A DNA stretch of 64,000 nt from Octopus vulgaris. Lineage: Eukaryota. Shown piece by piece: positions 26,567 to 39,354 of the stretch; the stretch's first letter is position 1; every line of letters starts with the position of its first letter. The stretch is taken from positions 78,740,001 through 78,804,000 of the forward strand of contig OX597817.1 of NCBI GenBank assembly GCA_951406725.2, written 5' to 3'. The notes below the pieces were generated by a model. The model ran no database searches and had not been told where the DNA came from. It was given only the letters and a program-made list of their open reading frames with translations. The position numbers were made by a program, and so were the translations under genes.

Positions 26567-27524
26567 GCATATGTGTGTGTATATATATATGTATATATAC
26601 ATAGTGCACATTCATATTATGTATATCTATGTATGTAGGCATGTATGTGTGCGTATGTATGTGATTTGTACAAATTAGTTCTCCTTTAAATGATTCCTTG
26701 TGATATGTGATCACATTATCTTTGAGGATAGCATATAGTTGCTTATTTGACGATTCCATAAATCATTCTGCTTACCAAAGGCAAATAGATAGAACAACAG
26801 CTACTCACACACAACCCACCTCTAAAAAACAGGTGTTTGTGTCTATCTGCTTTTTATATTTGCATACACAAAGATACATACACACACATGTATATATATA
26901 TATATGTACACATGCACATATATATATATATATATAAAAACATACATATGTGTATATATATATATATATATATGCATGTTTATATGTATGTGTATATTAT
27001 GGGTTAGTTGTAGTCTTTAGCTACTCAACATGTTCTGAAGTTGGATTTTAATTTGATCACCAATATCAAAAGCAGGATGTATCCATGTCATTTTCCTTCC
27101 TTGATTCCTTGAAAACAACAATTTTGCAAAGATTCATTCAAAGAGAGAAAAAAAGACAGACGGAGAGAAAAGGATACCAATGTTGAAAGAATTTTTACAA
27201 AACAAATTCAAAGATATGTTCAACTCACCAATGCTGAACAGGGGGTGTCTAATAAAATAGCCAGAGACCTTTAATAATGGAAGTAAAGAATTGCAAAGAA
27301 GAAAATTGGTGAGGGGAAAAAAAAATATATATATATACATTAAAAAAAAACATGCTAATCCCTAAACACCAAAAACGTCTCTTAGCACTGTATGGGAAAA
27401 TGGTCAATATACACAAACCACTTCACATAGATATGTATGTATGCATGTATGTATGCATGTGTGTGTGTGTGTGTGTATACATATGTATGGATACATGAAT
27501 GCATGTGTATATATATATGTATGC

Positions 27525-27558
<34 letters not shown>

Positions 27559-27810
27559 GTTCACATTTGCTTATGTATGCTCACTCACATAAGTGTATGA
27601 TGCACCACAATATGTGCAATAGTCTTTGTGCACATGAAACAGCGCATATACATGCATACATTCTTTTTGCTCTTTTGAACGAGATAACTAATTGAAGATC
27701 CTAGATGTAAGCTGCATTGTGCATTTCTCTTTCTCACCTCTTATGTATATGTGCATGTATTTGCACATATATATATGCTTGCATACATGTGCTTGTACAT
27801 ACATAGATGC

Positions 27811-27845
<35 letters not shown>

Positions 27846-28710
27846 CATATATATATATACACATATATACATATATACATACACACACACACATATAAAT
27901 ACATATATATACATATATACATACATACATATACATATATATATATATATATATACATATATAGCTACCAAACAGTAAAGCAAGCAACCACATCACTCGC
28001 TGTACTGTTTAGTATATGTTACTTACTATTCTATCTCTTCTTGAGACTTTATAGCTGGCTATTTGGCTTCAATATATATATATATATATATACATACATA
28101 CATATATATATATATGCAAATATATATATATGTATATACACACACACAGACATATACCCAAACATTATTATTATCATTATCATTAATTGTTATTATGTAT
28201 ATATATATATATATATACACACATTCACAGATCTATACCCAAACATGCATTTAAACATACACATATATGTATATATGTATGCATGTAAGTATGGTGTATG
28301 TATCAATGTATGTATGTATGTATGTATAACAATATATTGACAAGATAAATATCTTTGCAAACAGGGGTAAACTAACCAAAATGCAAGATAGATAGATAGA
28401 TAGATAGAGATAAATAGATAGATAGATAGACTGATGCAAAGAGGGAGAGATAGAGAGAGAGAGAGAGAGCAATAGATGTATAGTGGATATTTTCACAAAC
28501 ATTCATGGGCGAGGTTTCTGTTTTTCCTGAGATTGTGTGATAGCGTACGGTGATATACAAATACAAGAGCCATGAATATGGAGATGTCGATATTGGTGAA
28601 ACAGCCTTGGCTAAACAAGACCTGCAGTTTATTTCAGGAAATCCGCTACTAATTCAGTGATTGATGTGAACAAAAAACCAAACACACAGAAGGGTAAATA
28701 TATATGCATG

Positions 28711-28779
<69 letters not shown>

Positions 28780-29377
28780 ATGTATATATGTATGTGTGTG
28801 TATGTATGTATGTATAATGATATTTAAAAATCTACACATACATGTGTGCATGTACCTGTACATTTGTGTAATGTAGGATTGTAGAGGGTGATAGGTAGGT
28901 GAGCAAAGGTGATTCATTAGGTACCGTTTCATCAAGAGTTGAATGAATTTCCATCAATGCCTGGCAAAGGAGGAAACTTTCCAAACATCATTGGAGTGGC
29001 AGTGACTCAGTGGTGGTGGTGGTGGTGGAAGTGCTTCTACTGCTGGTGCTGGTGGCAGCAGCAGTGCTGGTAATGGTAGTAGTGGAGGTAGTGGTGGTGG
29101 TGGTGGTGGCGGTGGGGTGCGGCTTAGTTTTTGCCAGTAGAGTAACCTTTGTATTTTCTTCTTTGTTAACATGTTTAATAGGTATTGCTGCATTTTTGTA
29201 TATGTGTGTGTGTGTGTGTTTGTGAGTGTGTGTGTGTGTGTATGTGTCTGTGTGTGTTTGTCTGTACATGTGTGTGTTTGTGCACATGTGTGTGTATCTG
29301 CAATTCGGGGTGTATGTTATATCTCCTATTTTTCCTTATTATTATCATTATTATTATTATTAATATTATCATTATTA

Positions 29378-29429
<52 letters not shown>

Positions 29430-29954
29430 CATTATCATTAATTGTTATTATTATCATTACTATTATTATTATTATTATCATAATTATCTTTACATTTTGA
29501 TATTTTTTTACATTTCTTTAGTACTTGATGAATGATACTGCCCTCACTCATTGCTCTTCATCCCACCCCACTGACATGCATGCACATGCATACAAGCACA
29601 CACACACACACATACAAACACCCTTGCACCAACACATACACATGCATACACAAGACACACACAAACTCTCATTCATTTCTACATACATGCACGCACACAC
29701 ATGCATACACATACATGCACATACAAGCACACGCAAATGCTTAGAGTTGAAATAAAACATTTTTCCTGTTATTCATTTTTTTTTTCCTGTTGATTCCCGG
29801 TGAATTTGTTAGTTTTAGTAACAAACAACTTCCTCATTCAACTTACACTGTTCACCTGTTGCTGTGCCCCTTAATAACAACAGAAGTGGAAAAACAAACA
29901 TGATGGTTGTGTCTGCAATAGTAAAAAAAAAAAAAAAAAATAATAATAATATTA

Positions 29955-30497
29955 AATGCCTTGAAGCAGTCCCAGGCAAAGACTCTCAAGGCTTTTGATC
30001 TTAACTGATTGGAAGTGTTATCATGTACATATTTTGTCTTGGTATAAAAGATCGGCTACTGTAAATATTCTGCTCAATACCACATATTTGCTTGTCAGTT
30101 GTTTGACCCTAACCAGTTGAGCATGTCCCTTAGTGGCTGACGATATGTGCATCTCCGATCATGTGCAGAAGTAGTTGGGAAGCATCATAGCAATTCTTTG
30201 GGGTTTGAATAATTAACCTTTGAAAACTGAAAACGTGGGTGTTTTGTTCATCATCCTTAAATAAACCCTATTCTGGGACCTTTTGAGCAGGTGGGCTACT
30301 CGACCAGAATAAAACTCTAACTGGACCCCAAATGCGAAATCATGTGCTGCTTATCTTTATACAATATTGCCATGCCATGCACATATGGTTGTGATACATG
30401 TGCCTGGTGTACCCTTATCAGACAGGTATTCATGATGGATATATTACACTTTGTTTATTTGTACCCCAGTGTTACTTTGATAGTATGTGCTGCTCTC
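29955..30497. mobile_element. ~540-bp complex-sequence element flanked by (AAT)n on both sides
   Basis: Higher-GC block bounded by TAATAATAAT (29941-29950) and (AAT)n (30498-30540), with no intact ORF. Element status is inferred. Confidence 0.5.
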
Positions 30498-30539
30498 AAT
30501 AATAATAATAATAATAATAATAATAATTATTATAATAAT

Positions 30540-30715
30540 AATCCTTTCTACTATAGGCACAAGGCTGAAATTTCAGGAAAGGGGTAAGTCTATTACATCA
30601 ACTCTAATGTTTGACCTGTATTTATTTTGTTGACTCTGAAAGAATAAAAGACCCTGTCAACCCCAGCAGAATTTGAATTCCGAACATAAAGATGGACAAA
30701 ATTCTGCAAGCTCAC
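30540..30715 (-). mobile_element. SINE family B, diverged
   Basis: TTTCTACTATAGGCACAAGG...GCAGAATTTGAATTC. Confidence 0.6.
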
Positions 30716-31475
30716 TGAATAATAATAATAATAATAATAATAACACTAATAATGATAAGAAGAAGAAGAAGAAGAAGAAGAATGATGATGATGATGATGA
30801 TAACCACAATAGAAACAACAACTGTAAGAATAAATATAAAAAAATATACATGAAGTAATATAATATATAAAAATGTAATGTCTGCAGAAAAAATAACAAA
30901 AATATAAAATAAATTAACAGATATAAATATTTTTAAAAATTGGAAAAAATCTTCAATGCCTGGCTATTGCCATCATTTTATGCTAGGTTCCTTTCTTTAA
31001 AGAATCTAATGTGAGTTAAAATTTGCAAATAATAACTTCTGTTCTTCAGTTTGTTTGTTTGTTTGGTTGTATGTTACTTTTACTTGCTTGACTGTTGTTG
31101 TTGTTGTTGGGAGGGGGGCAACGGTGGTGGTGTTGGTAGTGGTGGAGGTGGTGCTGTGTTATTGTTGTGGCATCTTTAATGCCCAATTCAAAAACACAAA
31201 TTTTCTGGCTGTCACATACCAACCATTAGAGCAATATCTGCACATCAGCAGCTATAGTAGCAAGATACACTTATCCCTTTTCTCACTTTATTTCTGTTGC
31301 CTTTGTTTAATTAATTTTGAAAATAATGAAGAATATAGTAAAATAACTTCATCATTCTTAAGTTTTTATTTGGTACATAAAGTAACATGAAATTTTCAAG
31401 GAAAGTTTTAATTTCGATGGCAACTGAACTATTGAGCTTATTGATCAATATATTTATATGTCCATCTATGTTACC

Positions 31476-31533
31476 AGAACGTTCTAGAAATTCCTTAAAC
31501 TTTTAGAAACTTCTAGAAAGTTCTAGAAATTTT
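31476..31533. promoter_or_regulatory. Heat-shock-element-like nGAAn inverted arrays
   Basis: aGAAcgTTCtaGAAa (31476-31490) and aGAAacTTCtaGAAagTTCtaGAAa (31505-31529). Motif match only. Confidence 0.45.
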
Positions 31534-31680
31534 TTCTTCAGCAACTCAGTGCTGAATCTGTCTGAAATGTAATGGAAAATAGGCTAGTTTCAAAATATTG
31601 GTGTCTAGATCATGAAAGCAAAGTTTGAAGGGAATAGTAGTCATTTCCTTTGATTTCTAGATAGAAGTAAAAAGGAAATA

Positions 31681-32926
31681 TTAGGTTGTTCTGAAAATAA
31701 TGGCCGATTTCAGAAACATAATTTTATTCTGGAAAAATTAACAATAGAAATGTTTTGATTAGTCAAAATATGAGCTGTGAACATCTATGCATCTCTGCCA
31801 TCGATCAACGAGATTATTTATGCCATGTTGATAAAAACTTATTGGCTTTGATGCTAAGAAATCTTTGAAAGCTGATTCTACTTCTGGTTTGGAGCTGAAA
31901 GTTTATCCCTTAAAAACGTTTTTACATGCTTTAAAAAATGGTAGTCAGTGGGGGAAAGATCAGAAGAGTATGGAGGATGTGGTAAAGTCTGTGAGTTTCT
32001 GAAGTGTCATTCTTGCAACTTGTGGCTTTTCCTTATCGTGGAGCAGAATTGGGCCATGCTGATTCAAGAATGCAGGTCTCATTTTTTGCAAGTGAGCATG
32101 CATTTCATAGAGTTGATTGCAGTAAACCACTGCTGTAATGCTCTGATTGGCTTCCAGAAAGCTGTAATGGACAACACCAATTGCAGACCACCAGACAGTC
32201 ACCATAATCTTTTACTGATGCAACTTTGGCTTTGGGAAATGTTTGAGGACTCATCACGATCAAGCCATTGACCTGATCCTTTATGGTTATCATAAAGGAT
32301 CCACTTATTTTTACAAGTGACTATTCGATCAAGAAAAGGATCATTGGTGTTTCACAGAAAGAGCATCGAGCACACTTGAAAAAAACCCAAACTATTTGAT
32401 TTTCCTTGAGCTCACGCAGTACCCATTTATCGAGCTTTCCACCTTACCAATCTTCTGCAGATTGCATGAGACTATTGCAATACCCATACCAAGTGACTGA
32501 GATATTTCCCTGACACTTTGACATGGGGTTTTTTCAACAATTGCTTTTGATTGTTCATTGTCAAGACTGCATGACTGTCCTCTACCTTCTTCATCTTCAA
32601 GGCTCTCATTACAATTACAGAATTTCTTAAACCCCTCTCATACTGTGCAATCACTTGTAGACTCCTCTTTGATAGCAGTTTTGGAGGTATTTTACCCAAG
32701 CTTGAACTCATGCAAGTAAGCGAAGGTCCTTTTTTGCCACATTCATAATTAAGGGCGCCTATGCTTCAAAAATGTTTTCTATCTGAAATAAGTAGAAAAT
32801 TATTGAAGAACATACATCAATCATTAAGTATGTTGAAATTCACCTAAAATATAATTAAAATACTATGATAAAGCTGCATTTCAAAACACAACATTTAAAG
32901 TGGCCATTGTTTTTGGAACAACCGAA
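31681..32926 (-). mobile_element. Full-length decayed mariner element (~1246 bp)
   Basis: ~30-bp imperfect TIRs (TTAGGTTGTTCTGAAAATAATGGCC vs TTCGGTTGTTCCAAAAACAATGGCC), with TA on the left flank. Confidence 0.9.
31759..32746 (-). pseudogene. mariner transposase pseudogene
   Basis: WVLREL (WVPHEL-like), FLDRIVTC..KWILYDN, MVTVWWSAIGVVHY, PILLHD, and PYSSDLSPTDYHF (YSPDLAPSDY-like). Many frameshifts. Confidence 0.9.
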
Positions 32927-33736
32927 TTACACTTACAGATCAAAGACAAAAAAATCAGTTTTGTTACACAGTATTATCAAATGTGTTCCTTTTTATAAAA
33001 GACAGCATACTATACTTCAGATAAAAGAGATTTGCAGACGTTAACATGAAGTGAGCTGTTTGAAGAATATAACATAAATGAATGTTTTGTGTCAAAACTC
33101 AATGTATCAGTGTTTGGTGAGTGTTAATACTGCATTAAGCACTGAACCAACTTAAGATTAAATTGTTTAAATTCTGTTTCTTTTACATGCCAAAGCAAGA
33201 GAATACCCATGTTAACCCCTGTTACCAATATCACTCCACGTCTTTTATTAATTTATTTACTTTGTAAACAAGGTATTAAATGCTAAACTGAGTTATGTAA
33301 CAACTGTGTTTGTTTGTTCAATTTATCAGCTGTTATTTATTTATTTTTTTGTCTTTTGTGATTTTATTCATACTTTCAACTTGTAATGAAGTTATAAAAA
33401 AAATTTTATGTTTGCATAAATCTCTTTTCTCTTTCTTTCTCTTCCCCCCCCCTCTTTTTCTCCCTCTCTCCTTCTGTCTGTCTGTCTCTCTCTTTCTCTC
33501 TGGCTATGTGTAGCAATGTGTTTTAGCATATCTGTGTTTCTTTATTCTGTATGTACATATGAATGTACAAACAGAAAACGAAATTTTGTCACAATGTACA
33601 TTTCAGTTTGTGTAAAGGTGTGTACAGAATAAATGCTATCAAAATATGTGTCTTTGTGTGCAAGTGTATGTGTGTATGCACACAAGTGCATACATACATG
33701 CATGGATATACACACACACACATATATATACATACA

Positions 33737-33772
<36 letters not shown>

Positions 33773-33881
33773 TATATATATGTGTCCATATATATATATA
33801 TATATATACGTATATGTATATGTATATGTATATATATATATGTATCATCATCATCGTTTAACGTCCATTTTCCATGCTAGC

Positions 33882-33984
<103 letters not shown>

Positions 33985-33985
33985 T

Positions 33986-34057
<72 letters not shown>

Positions 34058-34814
34058 TTCTGAAATAAAACATGTGTATATGTGTATATATATGCCTATG
34101 TATTTGTATGTACGTATGAATGTATGGCTGTATATAAGTGTGTGTGTGTGTGTGTGTGTGTGTCTATATGTATTTATAACAAAAAGAAATAACTAACAGT
34201 TTACTTTAGTTTCTGCCTTGGAACCAAGCCAAACAGAATCAAGAAGTCCCATACAGAACATCAATGGTGTATGCAAAAGTGATAGCATGGAGTGTGACAG
34301 GGTGGATTTAAAAAGCCGCATATGCATACACATTCATATGTTTATGCATCCATGCATATGCATCTATGTATGTGTATGTGTATACGTGTGAGTATCAGCA
34401 CTGAGGAGTGATGGAAATAGGTTGGATCCAAAAGAGAGAACCTGGTTGACATATGGTTTGCTTGGTTAATTTTTTATTTTGCGTTCCTTTATTTCATCTT
34501 AAAATATTTTGCCAAAGTTTATTGACATTGTCTTCAATGAGTCATGCTCATCATTTCCAGTTTCCAACAAAGATACATTTTGAAAGGATCGCATCAATGG
34601 TATGATAAACACAGCATTTTGTTACACAAACCTACTTTATTATCATTGTCATCATCATCGTTCTAATGTCTGCTTTGCAATGCTTGCATGGGTTGGATGG
34701 AGTTTATAAAGACAGGTTTTCTACAACCAGATTAGATGCCCTTCCTATTGCCAATATTCACCTGTTTTCAAGCAAGCTAATATTTCTTCAGAGCTGGACA
34801 TGTTGTCATGGAAT

Positions 34815-34965
34815 ATTCTTTTCTACTCTAGGCACAGGGCCCGAAATTCTGGGGAAGGAGGCCAGTTGATTAGATCAACCCTAGTACACAACTTGTACTA
34901 AATTTATCGACCCCTGAAAGGATGAAAGGCAAAGTTGACCTTGGCAGAATTTGAACTCAGGACAT
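34815..34965 (-). mobile_element. SINE family B, partial
   Basis: AAAGGATGAAAGGCAAAGTTGACCTTGGCAGAATTTGAACTCAG. Confidence 0.78.
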
Positions 34966-34979
34966 AGAGTGAGAAACTC

Positions 34980-35243
34980 TCTCAAAAATTTTATCAGGTA
35001 CTGAATGACATGTCCAATGGCTTACTTTTAGCCAGATGATTCTCCTGTAGTTGTCTTACTAGGAAGTACTTCTCCTTGGCACAAAACTGCTGCACTTGAT
35101 ACAAAATTAAGCTGCATTTCGTCTAGTTTCATTCTGATCCTAATTTATTGGACTGTATTTGTTTCCATATTTTTCATGTTTCCACAATTTGATACTTCCA
35201 TAATTACCTCTACCTTAGGCATCTTCTTTGCCCGTGGAACAGC
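34980..35243 (-). pseudogene. RTE-clade LINE reverse transcriptase fragment
   Basis: Minus strand with frameshifts reads GKEDA*GRGNYGSIKL...IRMKLDEMQLNFV...LVRQLQENHLAKSKPLDMSF, resembling RTE NYRGIKL / EMQFGF / RQLQEK motifs. Confidence 0.78.
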
Positions 35244-35269
35244 TGAATATATGTATACATACATGTGAA

Positions 35270-35384
<115 letters not shown>

Positions 35385-35574
35385 GAATGAATTATCCTTT
35401 GTTTACCGTTAACATGGACAAGTCAATAAACAATTACCAGGGTAGCAAAATTCACACAAGTAACAAGGATGTAGCGACCTATTCAAAGGCAGAAACTCCA
35501 GGTTAATGTGCAGTAATTTGTATAGTATAAGTAAATAAATAGAGTTAAACGCAGATGCTATTCAAATTCTTTTA

Positions 35575-35660
35575 CTTTCGACATATGTTTCGAAGACAAC
35601 ATTGGTTTTATTCCAAAGGAATAAACAGTATAAATTAATGTAATCTTCTCATCAAGAAAG
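35575..35660 (-). ncRNA. Type I hammerhead motif with a C3-to-U change
   Basis: CTTTC-TTGATGA-GAAGAT...GTCTTC-GAAAC-ATAT-GT-C-GAAAG, with palindromic stem III ACATATGT. Confidence 0.72.
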
Positions 35661-35918
35661 AAAGAGAACCCATCTCAACAGCAAGACATTATAACAATTT
35701 TGATGACAGCATAAATGATAAAAAGAATGCGATTAAGTATTTTAAAAATTAACCGTTATTAGACCATAGAAAGAGAAGGGGTAAAGAAATAATAAATAGA
35801 GAACAAATAAAGAGGGATATATTGGTTGAAAAAATGTTCAAAGGCTTGGAAGTAGATTTCTCTATTGAAGTAAAGTGCAAGTTGAACTAAATGTTCAAAC
35901 TATAAAGACTGGTAAAAA

Positions 35919-36300
35919 TCACTTATATGAGCTAAAGGTATGTTTCTGCCAATGATTACATTTGTAAGATCGTTCTATAATTGTGTTAACAAGGTGATTC
36001 TTAGAGAAGAGAATATGGAAGAGTTCAGAATTGCAAATGTTACAAAATCCTTTGCCCTTATCATAGGGAAAGATATGGACAGGATGAACCAATCTAACTT
36101 AAAATCCTTATTGTTGTCTTTAAGATACCAAACCAATTTACTTAGCCCTGTGCCATAGCGTTTACTGCTATCCCTAAATGAAGAATAATGATTGGAAATT
36201 CTCTTAGATAACTGGGAAGAGGGTGCGCCAGTGTAGAAGTAGCAAGAAATTTTACATTGGTATATAGAATTCTTAATCTTAGAATTATTAGACATAAATT
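35919..36300 (-). pseudogene. GIY-YIG endonuclease of a Penelope-like (Neptune-type) retroelement
   Basis: SIYQCKI..FYTG..KRISNHYSSF..TGLSKLVWYLKD..LDWFIL, then a frameshift, then PYDKGKGFCNICNSE..LVN..E..KCNH..K-stop. Confidence 0.82.
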
Positions 36301-36391
36301 TAATTCTGCTGGGGTTGTCCTCAGATACCAAAACTATGTTTTTATTATTATTATTATTAATATTATTATTATTATTATTATTATATATACA

Positions 36392-36432
<41 letters not shown>

Positions 36433-36486
36433 TTATATATATACGTATATATATACATACATGTATATAGATAAACATGCATATAC

Positions 36487-36560
<74 letters not shown>

Positions 36561-36818
36561 ATTTAATGAGGGTAGAAATTGATATTAATCAATTAAAACC
36601 AGTGGCCTAGCATATTAAAAAAAACGAAGATTAAAATAATTTTTACATACAAAATTTAAAGGACTGACCACTAAAAGTGGACGGCCAATATGCTAGATAT
36701 AGACGTCAAAATCGCTATTTTCCACGAAGTATGTGTCTTCAAGAGAAAACTCAGCACAAAAACAAAGAGTAAAAAATAAGCAAGACAAATGAAAATATAC
36801 GAAATCAAAAACGATTAC

Positions 36819-36893
36819 CTATGTACCAATCAGTTTCACTTGTTAATATTCACGTATATGCATACGCAAAAATCTGCAAGATCATCAGCATAG
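36819..36893 (-). ncRNA. Type I hammerhead motif, copy 1
   Basis: CTATG-CTGATGA-TCTTG...GCGTAT-GCAT-ATACGT...CAAGT-GAAAC-TGATTG-GT-A-CATAG, with a U-U mismatch at the base of stem II. Confidence 0.8.
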
Positions 36894-37356
36894 TCTGTCG
36901 TTTACAAACATAATTTCCAGAACTAGATACAAAAACGCTTGACCGGATTTCCCGCATGCATAGAGTTCAACAAATTATAATTATGTGTATCTTTCAAATG
37001 CCTTCACTTTGGTGCGCTGAGATCGGAAATCTACCCTGCAGTTAATAAATTACAGCAGTCAATTTACCGGCTAGAGAACATTTTTTTTATCATTTAAAAT
37101 TGAATAAGGGTAGAAATTGATATTAATCAATTAAAACCAGTGGCCTAGCATATTAAAAAAAACGAAGATTAAAATATTTTTTACATACAAAATTTAAAGG
37201 ACTGACCACTAAAAGTGGACGGTCAATATGATAGATATAGACGTCAAAATCGGTATTTTCCACGAAGAATGTGTCTTCAAGAGAAAACTCAGCACAAAAC
37301 CAAAGTGTAAAAAATAAGCAAGACAAATGAAAATATACGAAATCAAAAACGATTAC

Positions 37357-37431
37357 CTATGTACCGATCAGTTACACTTGTTAATATTCACATATATGCA
37401 TACGCGAAAATCTGCAAGATCATCAGCATAG
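37357..37431 (-). ncRNA. Type I hammerhead motif, copy 2 (GAAA box mutated to GTAA)
   Basis: Same fold as copy 1, offset by 538 bp. Confidence 0.72.
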
Positions 37432-37659
37432 TCTGTTGTTTACAAACCTAATTTTCAGAACTAGATACAAAAACGCTTGACTGGAGTCCCGCAGTTTTGT
37501 GCTGAGTTTTCTCTTGAGGACACACTCTTTGTGGAAAATAGTGATTTTGACGTCTATATCTAGCATATTGACCGTCCGCTTTTAGTGGTCAGTCCTTTAA
37601 ATTATATATATATATATATACACACACACACATATACATATACCGATATATATATATTC

Positions 37660-37875
37660 ACCATACTGGACCACAACTTTTTTCATTCTCTCTGTGTTTA
37701 TTTTCTCTTATTCCTTTCTGTTGAAGAGCGTAGGCTCGAAACATAAAATACTTTTTCATTTTCCCGCGGGTCAAACTTATACACCTGCTTGTTGTTCATA
37801 CACCTGTCACAAAAGACTAAGACAGGTGTATGAACAACAAGCATACACCTTTTGTTTTTCTAAAAAATTCAATTA
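37660..37875 (+). mobile_element. Short repeat family with a minimal hammerhead-like motif (copy A)
   Basis: CTTT-CTGTTGA-A-GAGC-GTAG-GCTC-GAAAC at 37714-37750; homologous to 55962-56141 and 57235-57400. Confidence 0.65.
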
Positions 37876-39129
37876 TATATATATAATATATACTTACATT
37901 ATATATATAATGTATGTATATATACATATATATGTACACATTTAAAGCATCCACTCACAAAGTTTTGGTTGGTTTGTAGAAAGCACTCACACAATATGCC
38001 ACACAGTGGGGTTGAACCCAAAATGACATAGGTTGAAAGCAAACATTTTAACTACACAGTTATGCCTGTAACTACATGTGTATATATATATTAGTATATA
38101 CATATATATATGTGTGTGTATGTATGTATGACTCAATGTATGTATATATCTCATCATATATACATGTATTTATACATAAAAATATATATATATATATACA
38201 TATACATAAAAACATACTTACACCCACACGTATATATATGTATGTATATATGTATATGCTTTAATGATATATAACATATTACTAGAAATCTTCTTACAAA
38301 GCTGATTGAGCTTTTCCTACATTTCTTTTTTAATCATATATGTTCAAACACACACACACACACACACGCACACACACACATACAAGCTCACACATACAAA
38401 CTCAAACACACAAAACCTCAAACACACACACACATATAAACTTTCATACAGACCTTCATATTAACCATGTCATCTTGCCTTGAGCAATGAAGAGAATACT
38501 CATATAGAACTTCGCATCTTGATTTTCAAATCTTACAAAATTTCTCCTGGGGAATCCTGACATCATCACAGGTTTCAGCTAATGGAATCAAACTTTCATT
38601 ACACTTCAAAAATCACAGACATTTATTATGTTATTGATGACTGTTGCAAAGGAAACAAATATCTGTTTATACTATGATGAGGAGATCCAGAGGTAACATA
38701 TAAATATTTCAAAATTCCATTAAAGACAAACGAGATGTTTAAAGTAATTTGGTATTTGAAACTGATGAAGCATACACAATCTGTCTTTAAACTTTTTGGT
38801 TTATTTTTTATTTATGATCTTTAATTTCTTTAAAATGTATTGCTTAGCAGAGGGATTAAGTATGTTAAACATGTACTGATATTTCTTTGAATGTATTCTG
38901 AAATTTCTTTGAATTTGTATCAATATTTCTTTCAGCTTCAGTCGATGTTTTTCTCAGTTTGTACTTATATTTCTTTAAGCTTATACCAATATCTTTCAAT
39001 ATTCATGTTTTTAAAATAATTTTTAAACAGCTATTAAAGAAACATGTACGGTATTTATCTAAATAAATCCTTTAAAATATTTTATTATTTATATATAGGT
39101 GTGTGTGAGTGTGTGTATATGTGTGTTTG

Positions 39130-39168
<39 letters not shown>

Positions 39169-39185
39169 GTATATATATATATCTA

Positions 39186-39218
<33 letters not shown>

Positions 39219-39219
39219 A

Positions 39220-39354
39220 CAGGGTGTGATGGCCAAATTGTCACCATTACTTTTAATTTCACACATGCACATTGTTTGTTTTCCATTTTGTCAACTACAC
39301 AGTATAGTAGGGTCAGTTGGGCACTGTCTGGGAGAAAAACAGCACCATGACGCA
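39220..39354 (+). mobile_element. Probable terminal fragment of another Tc1/mariner element
   Basis: TA|CAGGGTG start like the other TIRs in this window; no partner TIR found. Confidence 0.5.

Larger units (their letters stand above)
36570..37603 (-). mobile_element. 538-bp tandem unit (~1.7 copies) plus inverted terminal segment, one hammerhead per unit; retrozyme or pLTR-like
   Basis: Units start at 36570 and 37108. 37494-37603 is the reverse complement of ~36654-36762. Confidence 0.88.

Noticed and set aside
28954-29287. Poly-Pro (formin-like) and poly-Thr (mucin-like) ORFs
   Set aside because: They arise from a degenerate (GGT)n tract open in multiple frames, with no flanking domain or clear splice sites. 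An exon cannot be fully excluded.
38460-38700. Exon-like block ending GAG|GTAACA
   Set aside because: Stops occur in all three plus-strand frames and there is no supporting evidence.
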